Assembly (NCBI GenBank): GCA_030141605.1
Contig: JAQGDQ010000181.1
Span: forward strand, 1 to 64,000
Length of the DNA: 64,000 nt
Source: Tubiluchus corallicola
Taxonomy: Eukaryota; Animalia; Priapulida
Direction: 5' to 3'
The translations under genes and the position numbers were made by a program. Of the stretch, positions 23,901-37,429 are shown piece after piece (position 1 is the stretch's first letter; every line of letters starts with the position of its first letter). Below the pieces are notes generated by a model. That model was not told the origin of the DNA and searched no databases. It saw nothing but the letters and a program-made list of their open reading frames with translations.

Positions 23901-26900
23901 AGCATTTGACCTAGTACGTTTGCCTTGCCATCTATGGTAAGCTAAATAAATAAAAATTTACGTATATAATATTATAATTGGGTGGATGAGAATGATAAGT
24001 GTTCTCAGTGTTTAAAACAGTAGCTTGGTAATTTGTAAAGTATCAAATGAAAGGTATTGAAGAGACGAATTGAGTGAATGAGATTAGTTGACTTTGACCT
24101 ATGGGTCAAGGGTCAAAAAGTTAAAAGTTCCGGTTCTACTAAATCAAAATGTATTTTCTAGGTAATCAGGCATAGCAAATTCAATGGATGCATTAAGCAT
24201 TATTATGACCTTCATAACCTTGACCTATGAGTCAGAAGTGAAAAAATTACAAGTTCAAATATCATTAAAACTACTAATGCCAAGCACGTACGTGTTGCAA
24301 TCATTTTGAGAAACATTTTTATTTGTTAATACAAAACCAAAGCTGTTTCTTAAAGCATTTCCTGTGACAGAAACAGAAAAAGCGTTAACTAATTTAAAGT
24401 AATTATACACTTATAATAAACAGTATTATTATTGAATGAATTCTAGCCTCTTTGTAACAAAAATCGAGTTGTCCCTTTGACTTGGTACACTTATAATTAG
24501 TTTGTGTAATGGCTTCCCTTTCCTATCTACAAATGGAATTTTTTTACAGAACTATTACTCCCATCTGCTGAAGCCTTAATGAATTCTTCAAATACATAAT
24601 GTGAATGATAGCTTAACGATTTAGAGAAGTTTATATTGACGTTGTTGTTTAGTGACGACCCTGAGAAAGGGTTAAAAGCTAAACGTTGGTACAAGATGGA
24701 CGACTCTACTGAAATGAAAGTGGTAACTGTCGATCAAGGAGACTCGCCTAGAATTTTAATGAGTCGAGATCACACGCTTGTCATCAAGAAATTCTACAGA
24801 AAGGACCAGGGAACCTACTTCTGCAAAGACTTTCTGCAACTGGCTGGGGGATGGAAAGTCCTTTACAATGTGTACAGTAAGTGGCTCTCTAAGCATGTCA
24901 AAATTATTCAACACAAAACAAAATCGTTGTATAGATGCATTGCAGTGAGCTCTTTCGAATTTAGACTCTTTAGTTCATTGTAGACCGGTCATTAATTAAT
25001 TTAATGGGTAAATAATACAATTATTGGATGTTTAATACTCAAAGATTACATAAAATCATTATGTCTCAGGTCCTACAATGAAACCGACAAATAAACAAGT
25101 ATGCTAACATTTGCTTACATCTCTCAGCACAAACTATTTCCTAGAAACAGATTAGTTCGTAACATAGAAATGTACAGGTTCCAAAAGAACAACGCAATAG
25201 AAATATGTTTCTGTTTACGTTTATTGCTATAAAACATTACATTAATACGTATAATACAGAATTTACATTAGAAAATATAAATAAAAATAAAAGAAAAAAT
25301 GAATGTGTTAGTGAATAATAGAATTTACATAAAAAATACAGTTCTGTTAAATAAAATACTTTACATTGTTTTCATGATATTATAGCTGGCCAAGAAGTAG
25401 CCAGACTATGGTAGTCATTGAACTGCCTAGTATTGTACATCCAAAGTGTTTGGTCTAGTGTAAATCAGTTACTAAAAATATTAGGAAGCGTGCCATTAAA
25501 ATGTTTGTGAATAAAACAAGCAACTGAAATAAGCTGAAATAATCCGAAGAAAATATCAAAAAGTGAACGTAGATTAATGCATTATGACATCATAATGACG
25601 TACAAATAGTATTATTATATTTGCCTAAATCCAGTTTTTTTACCTTATAACTTAGCATAATTAAAGATTTCATGTGATGTAATATTGGTATGTTTATAGC
25701 ATTTGTTAGTGCGCTGTTTTTTTACGTTTTTTTTGCTTTTTTAATACCTGTACTAAACAGGTATTGGAAACCAGATTGCTTTGCACACATTACATTGGAG
25801 ATACAATTTCAACTCACTCTGATTACCGTCAGCTGATTAGTTTAAGTTGCTGTTTATTTTAGTAAAAGGTGCAGTTCAAAAACCTAAAAAGTCTAAGAAA
25901 AAAGATTCGCGGCTCAAATGGATCAGCGGAGACGAAGAAGAGGTTTTAGATTTAGGTAAACTTGCTTTCCTTTTATCCACAGGTCTGAATAATATCTAAA
26001 AAGTAAGCTTTTTTGCCATTTTGTCGCAAATGAAGAGATCTGCTTAAGAGTAATTTTTAGTTACTGCTCTATTGTAAAATGGACAACTGATCAGCTTTGA
26101 CGTTGAGATACAAAAACACTTTTTGTCGAACGAATAAACCGTTGTTAACTAATCATGAAATATTCGAAACCGATCAACTGATTGACCAATTAATTAACTA
26201 ATCAGCCTTTTCAGCTGGTTAACTGGTTAACTTTTCAAATGTTTTCTTCGTTCAGAGTACGTTGAAAGAGTACAAAAGAAGCCAAATGTGACGGTAAAGT
26301 TAGAGTGTCCACGGTAAGTGTTTCATGTTTAAACTAAACTGCTAAAGGCAGATTTTGCAAAGGTGGAAGTTTAGCTTTTATGAGAGGAGACGGGGTAACA
26401 TAGAACAAGAAAAGTGGGGTGGTTGTAGTGTAATGAAGTAGAGTGGAGTGGAGCGAGGTGAGGTAAAGTAATGTGAGTTAAGACGAGATGAGAATGACGT
26501 TCTTGCGTAACTATTATTGCTACATCAGAGTATTAACTGCAGATTACAATTTATTTTTTAATGATCAGATCAGATGATAGTTTGTAATTAAATTGAAGCT
26601 TCGATTTGTAAAAAAAAACTGAAGACGGTTTCTCTTATCGCTTATCTTTTCAGCTCTTATTATAATGTTTACAACAGACCATAAATATTTTCTTCGTCAC
26701 TTGTAGAGGAAAAGACGCTGATTTTGTGATTTGGTGTAAAGGTGTATATGTGCTGACATCTGGTGACGACGGTGGAAAAATTCAAATAAACGCAAAGAAT
26801 GAGTTGAGCATTCACAATTTGAGCACTACCAGTACAGGAACTTACAGTTGTTTGATTGATCACACAGTTCGAGCTGAATTTAAAGTTTCCTTAACCACAG

Positions 26901-29900
26901 AAGATGAAACTACACCATCATGTAGGTTCCTTTCATATACTTACTTTAAGCGTTGATAATCAAAATCGATGCCTATGACAGAATTGTAGAATACACTCTT
27001 GTCATATGGACAAATTTTAATTTTCAAGAAACACGCGTAGAAATTGTTATAATGTTTGACTACTTTTGGTGGCTTATCTGTTAAATCTGTTTGGTCATGT
27101 GATGTGACGTAGAAAAGTCATAGGCTTTTCGTGGCTCCTCTGGTCGGTTCTTTCGGATTTCGGATTCCAGGATGATGCAAACTTTGTAAAGTTAGACAGA
27201 GATTTGTTGAAGTAAACTTGCTATTCAACTTTTCCTGTGTACTTCATGCTGGTTATTTCTGCGAAAGAGGTGCCGTGGTGGTAAAAACACCTATCCATTT
27301 ACCTGCCAAATCAACGAGGCCTTTCCATAGCGACGGTTTTATACCTGGTAATCAATGCCACTATGCAATGGCTTCGTACTGACGAGAGCATCACAATGTA
27401 AAGGGGGTTCAAAATAAATAGCATTTCGCTCCAGTAACAATACATTTTATATGTTTATTGTTTGGTACCTTATTAATAGAGATTATTAATTAATACTATA
27501 CAGCAATATTTATACAGCAGTATACAGTTGTAACATTTTTTGAACACAATGTTTCCAGTTTATTGCCATCTCTTCACATATAATAATGCACGCCTTAGTA
27601 CATTAATGAATTATCTGTTAACATAGACAAATTTTAGTAAATGAATAATGAATTCTAATATTTTGGTTCATTGCTTTATCTATCTAGTTTTTGTTTGTTT
27701 GTTTGTTTGTTTATCTAACATTCAAACAGCATGGTGATTACAGCCCTACATAATGAAAAATGAAGATTTAATGCAGTTTCAGCCTATTTACTTGAGGAAT
27801 ACATATAATTAAAGCATTCTATTTACATTGTCCGTTAAGATGTATCATCCTTGGATGCTGGACAGTTTTGTCGTAACTCTTGTTACATAATTCTTGACCA
27901 ACAGAAAAACACTATTCTCTTCTGAATTCTTTATAAAAGATTCATCTCTGGTGAAACAAAACTTAGAACCCTGGTAAAAAGATTGATGCGCTTGCTTTCT
28001 AAGATAATGTAGTTTAGACAGCAAAAATGTGTTGTACTTTATTAACTACGAATTTCTAATTTGAACATAGGAACAGTCCCCTCATTAATACAATTAGCAA
28101 GAATACTTATATATCTTTTATTAATAATGTTATTATGTGTTTATAATATTACAAAAATATCATGTCTACATAGCTAATCGTTTAAATACTCGCAAACTGT
28201 TCTAGAATGTCTGCGAAAAGTGAAAAATTCGTGAGTAGCAGTGAATGAAATAAATGAGAGTAAATGATTATTTCTAACATAAAGTTAAGTAAATGATGAG
28301 TAATTTGTTTATTTCTTTTTTTTTTGTTATTTAAACATTTTAGTTGAAGAATTACACAAACCAGCTTCAGCCAGTGTCAGAATCGTGTGCCCGTAAGTAC
28401 TAATTAGCAGCAGTTATACACATTAAACTTTAAGTGTCTATTAAAATTTCAGGTTCAAACACTAGACGTTGTACTTTGCAACATTGTACTTTACGAAGAT
28501 TACACGAAGCTTAATTACACGAGGGTATTCAATACATCAAAAATAAGTTAGTTCAATTTCGAACACTACACCGTAAAGTAGCTGATCAACTGTTTCACAG
28601 AATTCAGTGTTACTATTTTATATTATGCTGCACTTACTATAATGTGCGCTATAATATACTATTATAATAATGTTTTTTGTTACAAACAAAAGAAGCTCAT
28701 TCTCCTTTCAATTTTTGTGTTACTTTTAACAACTGTGCTCTTATTTAGTCAATTATTTTCAGGTTAGCACCGTGTCCTCAAACGGTGCTTTGGCTGGGTG
28801 AGCAAAGTCAAAACCTGACAAGTGGTGCCCTCAACGGCAGAATAACAGTGAAGCCAGATCATGTGCTCACGATTATCAAACTGCTGCCCAATAACACACA
28901 GATTATCAGATGTCTCTGTGATACTGATACCGTTTACTATTCTCTGCTTGTGGTTGACCTTACAGGTTAGCATCTTTACTAAATTGATAGAACTACTTGC
29001 TTATGGCAGGCTTTCTGGACCATTTTTGGCAAAATTGAAATCTGTATTTACAAGCAAACTCAAACAACGCTTAAATTTTCATAAAACACAAAACGAAATT
29101 ATTGTCGACTTTTATCGTCCTTCCTCGTCGTTTACTGAAATCGCACCTTTGTTACACTCATGATTCCTTTGTCTTTTGTCAACCAATAAATTCGTGTGTC
29201 ATCGTCATTAAATTTCTGCTTCAGTTTTCATATTATTTTTTCTGCAAACTCAGTAAAAGGTTAATGAAAGCTAATATCATTATTATAAAGGCCAATTTTG
29301 AACACTGTTGGTATCAGTCATTGTGTTTTGTAATTGTGAAGCCAGAGAAGTAAAAACGTTGAACAATGTTTTCGGAACCCAGATGTCACGCAAATTCTCA
29401 CTGAAGCAAAAATTTTGCAATCTGTTCACATTATTTTTGCTGACAATTTTTTGACGGTAGATGCCAAGTTCAAAATCATCATTGTGTCAAAGGCCTCTAA
29501 TATCCTATTATTGAAAATAATCGCTTCTTCAAACTCTCAAACATTTGTTTAAAGCACAGAATAAAAGTCCGCACAAGAGTCTTTTGATAAACTGTTACCT
29601 CAAACATCACGGATGATTATAACATTTCTATTTGTACTCTCATAAAGACACTAAATTACTAAATATAAAAAAGTGTTTGCAGCTCTACTAGAACTCGAAT
29701 TCTTTACCACCTGCTTTCCGGGCGGACAGCTATGTATTCTCATTTTTATGTTAACCATTGTTGTCACATCACAGGTACTTACTCTGATCTAATAATTGAT
29801 ATTCGATATTAGCCATTATTCAGCAGCCAATGCATTATACCTACTCTACAGTGGTCAGCTAGAGAAATGGCACGCTCGGGAATTTACAAATATTAAATAC

Positions 29901-32900
29901 TAAGTACAAAATTGGCTGTTATAATTATCGGTGAAAAAAGTTTTATGCTGTTTTGAAAATTGATGGTCTTGTGCGTTTTTTAGAGTTTCCTGTCCACACT
30001 TTTAAGAAACTGGTTGGCAACAGAATCACGCTAAAATGTCCAATGCCTCCCAAACCTGACGTCCCGGTTTCTCAAACGAGATGGACAAAAGGAACGTCGC
30101 TTCTGCGTCCTGTTGGCTCGGGTGGTCGGCTTACCATTCGGAACTCGACACGCCTTGTTCTGAAAGACCTACAACTGTCTGACAATGCAACGTTTATTTG
30201 TGTGCACGATGGAAAAATCAGAGCTCAGTTCATCGTCAGAGTATCTCAAAACGCACAAGACATGGGTAAGGTGCACAATAAAAATGTCGCAGGAAAAAAT
30301 GACACACTTGTGCCGTTTTTTCCTGTGCCATTTTTACCTACCGTATATACTCGCATATAAGCCTACATCGCATATAAGCCGACCCCCTAAAAGTGCTTTA
30401 AAATGGCTAGTTTTTGCAAAAACCCGTATATAAGCCGACCATCAACTTGTCTAATTTTACTCCATACCCAATCAACAAAATTGATCCCTTTTTGTCACAT
30501 TTTGTTAATTGAGTATTTTTGGTTCATAGAAATTTTTTACTATAAAGATGCAAAATGCTTACTTTTATGTTACATACTAGAAGAAATAGAACAAATTATA
30601 CATTTTGATATGAATAAAGAAGAAAATATTTTGTTTTCTATTTATTCACAAAAAATTATAACATTTCTGAGATACAGTCTTATAAGAGTCAGATAGCGAT
30701 GAAAATGTGTGGCTGGAAAATTGGCATTAGTGTCTGTCCTTGTGTTCATTTTGTTTCATGCGCATATAAGCCGACCCCCTGATTTCAGTATTGTATTTTA
30801 TAGTTCTAAATTCGGCTTATATGCGAGTATATACGGTACTTTTCTACTTGTGTCATTTTTTCTTACGGCATTTTTATCTGTGCCGCTTTTATCTAAATTC
30901 GACATGTGTATGTGCCCATGTCTAAATTTACTTTTCCTGTTTTTGTCCTATTATCGTTATTATTATTTTATTTGTTTTTTATTTTTTTATCATATGACAT
31001 AGTTTAAATCAATGATGTCTCTTCTCTAATACAAGTTTCTGTTCCATGATTTTCGTGTTTGGGACGACGAATTTGTTTATTTTTTGCTGTTTTTGTCCAC
31101 TAAACTGCTTACCCATCCAGCTTCACCTGGTATGTAAGTCCTGTGACATTAATTTCTATATAAATTTCTCTCTGTCTGCTTCAAGGTCACATAGTTCTAA
31201 TTTTTAAATTATTATAAAACTTATTACGACATCTTCGTTACTTTACAGATTTGGCTACTAGCATGACATTACTTGGCTACAGCTTTGCCGGCTGCTTTGG
31301 TGTCATTCTCATCGTTGTGTTGCTAAAACATTGCCATCGTTTGAGGCAGGTCGTACCTAAGAAGTCAAAAACTTCAGAAAAAGAAAGTGCCGAAGTAAAA
31401 GAAGGAGAATTAGAAGGAAAAGAAGAAGATAGTGGCAGCGAAGGAACGTTATCTGACGAGTCAACTGCTGAAAGTTCTACGTCCGAGGCAGAACAAAAGC
31501 ATCCAACCTTTGGTCCAAAATCTGTCACAAAAAGCCCTGTGCCCCGCGGACTTTCACCAAGCTCCTTGTCATCGTCTGAAGATAGCCTGTCATCAGAAGA
31601 AACTATTCCTAAAGTCTCAAACCAAAAACTACAACAACGCCCTTTACTGGTGAAACAACAATCAAATAAACGTCACAATCAATTTGATGCTAATGTGAAC
31701 AATAATGCAACAAAATCATTTATGCTGAACCTAGCTCAACATAGGAACGTAAACAATAATTCAAAATCTTCACCTGTGCTAAAACTAATCCGGCCTGTGA
31801 ACAATCAGTCAGTGACCTCACATACTCAGAAAGCCTATTCCAGGCCAATTAACATGAACTCAAACAGTTCTAAGAACATACCTATGTACACACAAATGGC
31901 TACAAGTCAACAATTTACTACTTCTAATCAGCACTTAACTACATATAGACACCAACATCCAATGTTAAATTGTCAGATTAATGTAAACAATAATTCAGCA
32001 AGCTCACCTATCATTAAGCAAATTCTCAGGTATAGACCGTTTGCAAGTTCTTCTCTTACAGATTCCGGCCCGCGGTATTTCCCATTGCCAACCAGCGACT
32101 TTCGACCTCGGCACACCAGGTCAAAGCCGCCAAAGTTAAAGAAAAAGCCAGTGGTCACGACGCTCAAAACTGAGACTAGTACAACAAAGCCATTATTGGG
32201 TAATAAAGTTGAACTTCAGCTACCCCAAAAGACAAGGAAAATAGGTGAAAATTTTCGCCTAGACCGCTTGAATGAAGCACACCTTAAGAAACCACATCAA
32301 CAAATTACGAATGCAGCAAGATCTACTAAATCACATCGAAGGGCTGTGAATAAACCGCCAAAGTCTACCAAAACGTACCAAGAAGTCATGAATGAACTCT
32401 CTCCTGCCAACCGACATCTTTCAACAAATTCAGCTTCAAGTGTTACTATATCACATCGAAATCTCGTCAATGAGCCTACAAGCTCTCTTAATTCAGGCTC
32501 CCACTTCTCATTAACTAGATATGGAGAATCAGAATTAGCCTTCATGGAAGGTATAGTGAGAGAGGTACAGCTGACAAATATTTCCTTCACTAGTTCGTCT
32601 GAAGTTGTAACCGGATCTAAACACTCTACATCAACCCTAGAGTCAATCACTTCTAACAATTTCGAGGAGCTTTTCCAAGATAGACTGATAAAAAATCCTG
32701 AATCTGAAACAAGCTATGATTCGTTGACCACTGTTAAGCGGAACTGTTCAACCTCTTCAGATTCAGACAATTTATCAACCCGGTCTTCTGACACACTGGA
32801 GACGGAGTTAGAAGACTTAATCATTATGGAGTCCGAGACGGATGATACACCCACTACCATTACCATGGACAGTGACGTACAAAAAAGTCGTAATAATTTT

Positions 32901-32918
32901 TTTGGATTTGTGTGCTGA
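20947..32918 (+). CDS. Type I membrane protein: signal peptide, basic pro-region, 4 Ig-like domains, TM and ~525 aa Ser/Thr-rich tail (~1139 aa, 14 exons; possibly FAM187-related)
   Basis: Exons 20947-21007, 21137-21263, 21510-21632, 22355-22420, 23293-23418, 23814-23936, 24653-24876, 25863-25955, 26256-26313, 26707-26921, 28344-28392, 28763-28965, 29984-30265 and 31249-32918; all GT..AG, phases consistent, 3420 nt. Signal MATLSLPFILLISLIFLFC. Ig signatures LPC..RWYK..HTLVIK..DQGTYFC; LEC..IWC..LSIHNL..GTYSC; IVC..VLW..HVLTI..IRC; LKC..RWTK..LVLKDL..DNATFIC. TM LLGYSFAGCFGVILIVVLL. Confidence 0.85.
22948..23175. mobile_element. MITE-like element with imperfect TIRs and internal (ctctcgcgaga)-type subrepeats
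   Basis: Left end cgttaagactag pairs with right end ctagtctgaacg; many aaactcgc/gcgagttt inverted motifs lie inside. Confidence 0.45.
30341..30836. mobile_element. Tc1/mariner-pogo-type MITE with 23-bp perfect TIRs and TA target duplication
   Basis: TA|ccgtatatactcgcatataagcc ... ggcttatatgcgagtatatacgg|TA, with internal repeats of tataagccgacc. Confidence 0.9.
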
Positions 32919-34959
32919 TTTTAGCTCCATGAGTTAGGTTTGTGTTTAGGTTTTGACATGTTAGTATGGTTGTTATACTATAATAATCAATAAAGTGGGT
33001 TTCTGCAGTTCCTCAAATGCAGTACCTATGTATAAGTAATAAAAGAGACCGTGTAAATATTATATTTTATTATAACGAATGTTTATAATTAATCGCAAAT
33101 GTTTTTTTCAATACAGGCCTACCACTAAGGAAATTAATGTAAATCTGCTGCTACGGGGCATTCAAATTTATCAGGTGTGTACGGAAAAGAAAATGTGTTA
33201 TTACTGTGTGGCAGGACCGATAACGTTGAGTGTTAAATGACTGTGCAGATAGACTTATATGTCAGGTAGTAGCACAATCTTGTATTCCAGGCGCTTGCCT
33301 ATACAATGTTGTGTCTATCCTTGCATACTTCATATTCCAACAGAATGTGGCTGGTGCGGTGAAATGATCTGCCAGCTACTCTAGATCTCGTGACAGAAGG
33401 AATTTCATTATTTTTTACTGAAAAAAGAGCTACTGTTAACTTATCACACGTACGCAAGATCCATGTGCACTGGTACTCTTTATTCCGCTTTACCATTACG
33501 AATGTTAATCTAATGACGCACCATTAGGCTCATGTATCTAATGCTACTTTGGGCTGGTCTATCTAGGCTGGAGAATCAAATATGAAACTATGTGATAAAA
33601 AACTACTAACTTTTTTATTTTGTTAGCCTTAAGCATTAGTTCTGGAACCAGAAAAATAAAACTAGAAATTTTTAGCCTATTGTGTAAGTTTTTTCTTGTC
33701 TTTACTAGGTCTAAGCGAGCCCACATCCTAGCCCTTGCAATTCCTCGCGAATTAAAGCTTGAGTCACTGAAATACTTTAATATAATCCTCGTCTGTTGCC
33801 CATTAACCAAAGCAGCCAGACGAAACATTTAGTAAAGCCGCCAATTAAAGTTAAGTTTCCCAGCTAAAAGTTTTAATCGCGTGCTGCGCCAATTTAAAAC
33901 AGGCAAACTCGTAGTATTATTTTAACCTATTAAAATGGGTAATTTGTTTACTGTTTATAAGAACTCTTTCATTTTAAGCAGCAGTTCTGTGATCTATACC
34001 AATCAGACGAAATTAATTTACAAGCTAAATATTGCTGTTGATGCTTTTACTGGGAGAAAAACCTGCCTTCTGTGTTTGTCGTATTTTGTAAGATTGCGCT
34101 TAGAGAAATGTTTGAGTAAAACGAACAGCCTAATATTTTTTGTTTTGGAGTCAGTTTAACATAAACACCGCATTTCTCGAATTTTGTAGATCAGCTCATA
34201 AATGCCAGTCGGTTGAATTTCGTAGAAGCAGCTTTAAAACTAACTTCACTGCATTTTTGAATTAATCAGTTCAGCTCTAAAATGAGTTTGGCTGTTTGAA
34301 TAATCCTGTGTAATAAATGGTCTATCGTCTTTGACATTTTGACACCGTAATTCACTTTATACTGCAAGTTACTAAATAACAATCAACAGTTAAATTTTGA
34401 AAGAAGAAGACACTGAAAAATTATCAACCAAGCAAGTTTCGAACCCAGAATCTTATGATATCAGGAAAATAAGCTATATCCAACAGACCTGTCAACTCAC
34501 ATAGTTAAAGTATTAAATGTACGACAATAATTTGTTATCAAAGGCCGTTTTTAAGGACATTGTACACTTAAAAAATGAAACGTTTTGCATTAAATCCAAT
34601 TTGCTGATCTGGTGAGTATATTATTGAATAAAATTTAATTATTAAAAACTAGAAACTAATTTGTTAAATTAAACAAATAAAACGAACCTAAACTCGTCAT
34701 TAGTGTCACGATTCAAAGTTGCATGTTATTTTCCTTTAAAACGTGCAGACAATGTATTCAGTGTTGAAGTTCTATTAGCTTAAAAGCAGTTCAGATGGTT
34801 TGGTTACGTTGCGCCAATGAGTGATGCTACAATCCAAAACTACTTTCTGTGGCCAGCTATTAACAGCAGCAAAATGCAGTGGAGGACAAGGATGCATTGA
34901 AAAGTCTTATCAAAGCAGATGGTTGCAGACATCGAGAAGTAGGAAAATCAAGCAATGGA

Positions 34960-36305
34960 TAGAGGGGAATTTGGAAAATAACTAGTAAAAGTGCTATCAA
35001 CGTTTGAAGCTGGTCGCACATCAAGCTACTAATAGAAGAAAATGATTGGCAGTCATCCATTTTCACCCAGTGCTACAGATACTGTAATATATTGCAGAAC
35101 AGAATTTTTCCAGAAATTTATTAGCATACTGTAGTAAAGCCCGTATTAAAGTCTAACTTAGACTCCAATTTATTACAAATTTATCGTCCAATTTCTAACC
35201 TTTCATTCTTATCTAAAGACATTGAGTGAGCAGCATCGTCTCAGTTAGCACAGTAATGGCAAGCCAATGGACTGGGTGAGCTATTTCAGTCTGTCTACAG
35301 GCAGGGCTGCAGTACTGAAATTGCATTGTTGCGTGTTCAGAATGACATCCTAAAGTCTATAGGCAAGCAGCTGGTTAACTGACTACTACTACTTGATGTT
35401 AGTTCTGCATTTGATACATTTGGCCATGACATCTTGTTGATAAGTCTTGAGAAACGCACCAGTATAAAAAAAACTAGTTCTGGATTGGTTTAAATGTTAC
35501 CTTGGTAATCGTACACAGTGTGCGCGCATTAAAAACGTTACATCTTCAAAAATTAGTGTCCAGTCTGGAGTCTCAGAGGGCTCAGTGCTTTGCTCAATTT
35601 TATATCCACTATATATGTGCTCCCTGGTAAAGTGAGATATTTTCTTGACAAACCAACTTCGGAACAGCTCATTCATGCATTTGTAACAAGTCTACTAGAC
35701 CACTGCAACTCTCTTCTTTTTGGTGTATTAGTTTGTCATTAACTGAAATTGCAACGGGTTCAAATTGCTGCTGCGCGGTTGATCTCTCAGACAAAAACAT
35801 TTGATCACATAGCTCTAGTCTTGGTTCAGTTACACTGGTTGCCTGTGCACTTCCGAATAGAATTAAAAATCTTGCTACTTGCTGTACAAATGCTTGAACG
35901 GTGCTGCTCCAAATTACTTAACAAAGCTACTTTCTTCGTATGCGCCTTGTAGGTATAATTTAAATGTGTCAAGGTTTAGTCTTGTCACCTATGGTGCTCG
36001 GTCGTTTGCTTATGCTGCCCCGCATCTTTGGAATCAGCTGCCCCTACATTTGAAAACGTTTTCATCACTTCCTTGTTTTAAATCTAAAATTAAAACACTC
36101 ACTTTCGCGTGCGTTTAGTAACTCGTAATCTGTAACTTTTAGTTGTTTCTGTAAATTTTAGTCACCGTAATTTGATAAGTTTTAATTCGTGTAGTGCAAC
36201 ATTTTTAGTTTTTTTTTAATTTTAACTCCGTAAAGCCGAAGAGCCATCTGGGAAGTCAGGCTAATGAATTATTATAAATTATTATTATTATTAATTAATT
36301 ATTAA
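34960..36305 (+). mobile_element. Degenerate L2/Crack-type LINE (RT fragment and 3' end)
   Basis: Frameshifted motifs YRPISNLSFLSK, STEIALLRVQNDIL, LLDVSSAFDT, GVSEGSVL, LIHAFVTSLLDHCNSLL, LHWLPVHFRI and GARSFAYAAPHLWNQLP. An internal deletion removes the YADD region. Ends in an (ATT)n tail. Confidence 0.88.
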
Positions 36306-36869
36306 TATGTACTATCTATGACCGCTGTTTAAAAGGATTATATTCTCATAAAAGATGCAAACAAAGAAATGACAGAATTTAAGGTACTCAGAAAGTCTTA
36401 ATCACAAGGAAGAACTACTATACATATTGCATATGTTATAACAGTAAACATGATAATAACATTTTTATGGAGAACGTAGACTAAGGCTATTACCAGTCAC
36501 ACCAGTCACCAATGAACTCGCTAACTGTACGTTATTTTACAAATATTCTGCACTGTAATTAAAACTGATGGCGAATGAATTGTGAACAGCGTTAAAACTG
36601 TTATTTCAGAGTTTTAGCACTTTTGCTTGTCGGACGTGCGTTCAAGTCTGCAATATATAGCCCGGCGCTATTTTGAAATATTAGACACTTCGTGAAGCTT
36701 TTTCTCGTTTTAGCGTGAGGCATGATATTTAAACCTGTGCGCCATGCAGTTTTCACTGCTTGCATCTACACTCCTAGGAGTTAGGCTACTCTCAGGTTCC
36801 GTCCTACTAATCCAGTTATCAGCAAACGGGTCAAATTATTCCTGGGACACTTGTATTTTGCTCTAACTC

Positions 36870-37215
36870 TACATTGAGACGGTGGCGAAAGACCAAGAGG
36901 TCACCTAGCAACCACCCCTATTTGTACGACATTAATATTTATTTAGTTAATCGAGTGACACTGTTAGCAGCTTGTTGCAAAACATGTTCAATAATTATAT
37001 ATATTATAGATTTACAATAAAAATTGTGTTAGTAAAGCCTTTTCTTGGTGTATGCAAAATAACAGATGAACTAAATTGAAAATGAATTAAACAATTATAA
37101 TAGACGTAACACAGTAGCACAAGACCTTATCACTTGACAAACAGACAATTCAAACAGTAAATCAATCAGTAAAACAGGCAAAAAATCAATCAATCACAAT
37201 TTAACAACATTGACA
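36870..37215 (-). repeat. Dispersed repeat (probable LINE 3' UTR); second copy at ~51897-52265
   Basis: Shares acattgaga..ccaagaggtc(a/g)cctagcaacca..tacgacattaatatttattt..ctgttagcagcttgt..ttgtgttagtaaa with the 52-kb copy. Confidence 0.75.
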
Positions 37216-37429
37216 AAATCATCATTGCGGCTAATGAGTTAAAGAAAAACGCAGAAAAACTGTTAACCCATCGGGATTTGAACCCGAGTCCCGGGATTAG
37301 ACCTCCCATACTCCGAACCATACGAAGCTCCGAATTAATCAGATTAAATCTCTTATACTACTCTCTTGAATACCTTTCTGAGTTAAAATAATTATTATTG
37401 TTGAAATGACTTGTAAAAGACTTGTACCA

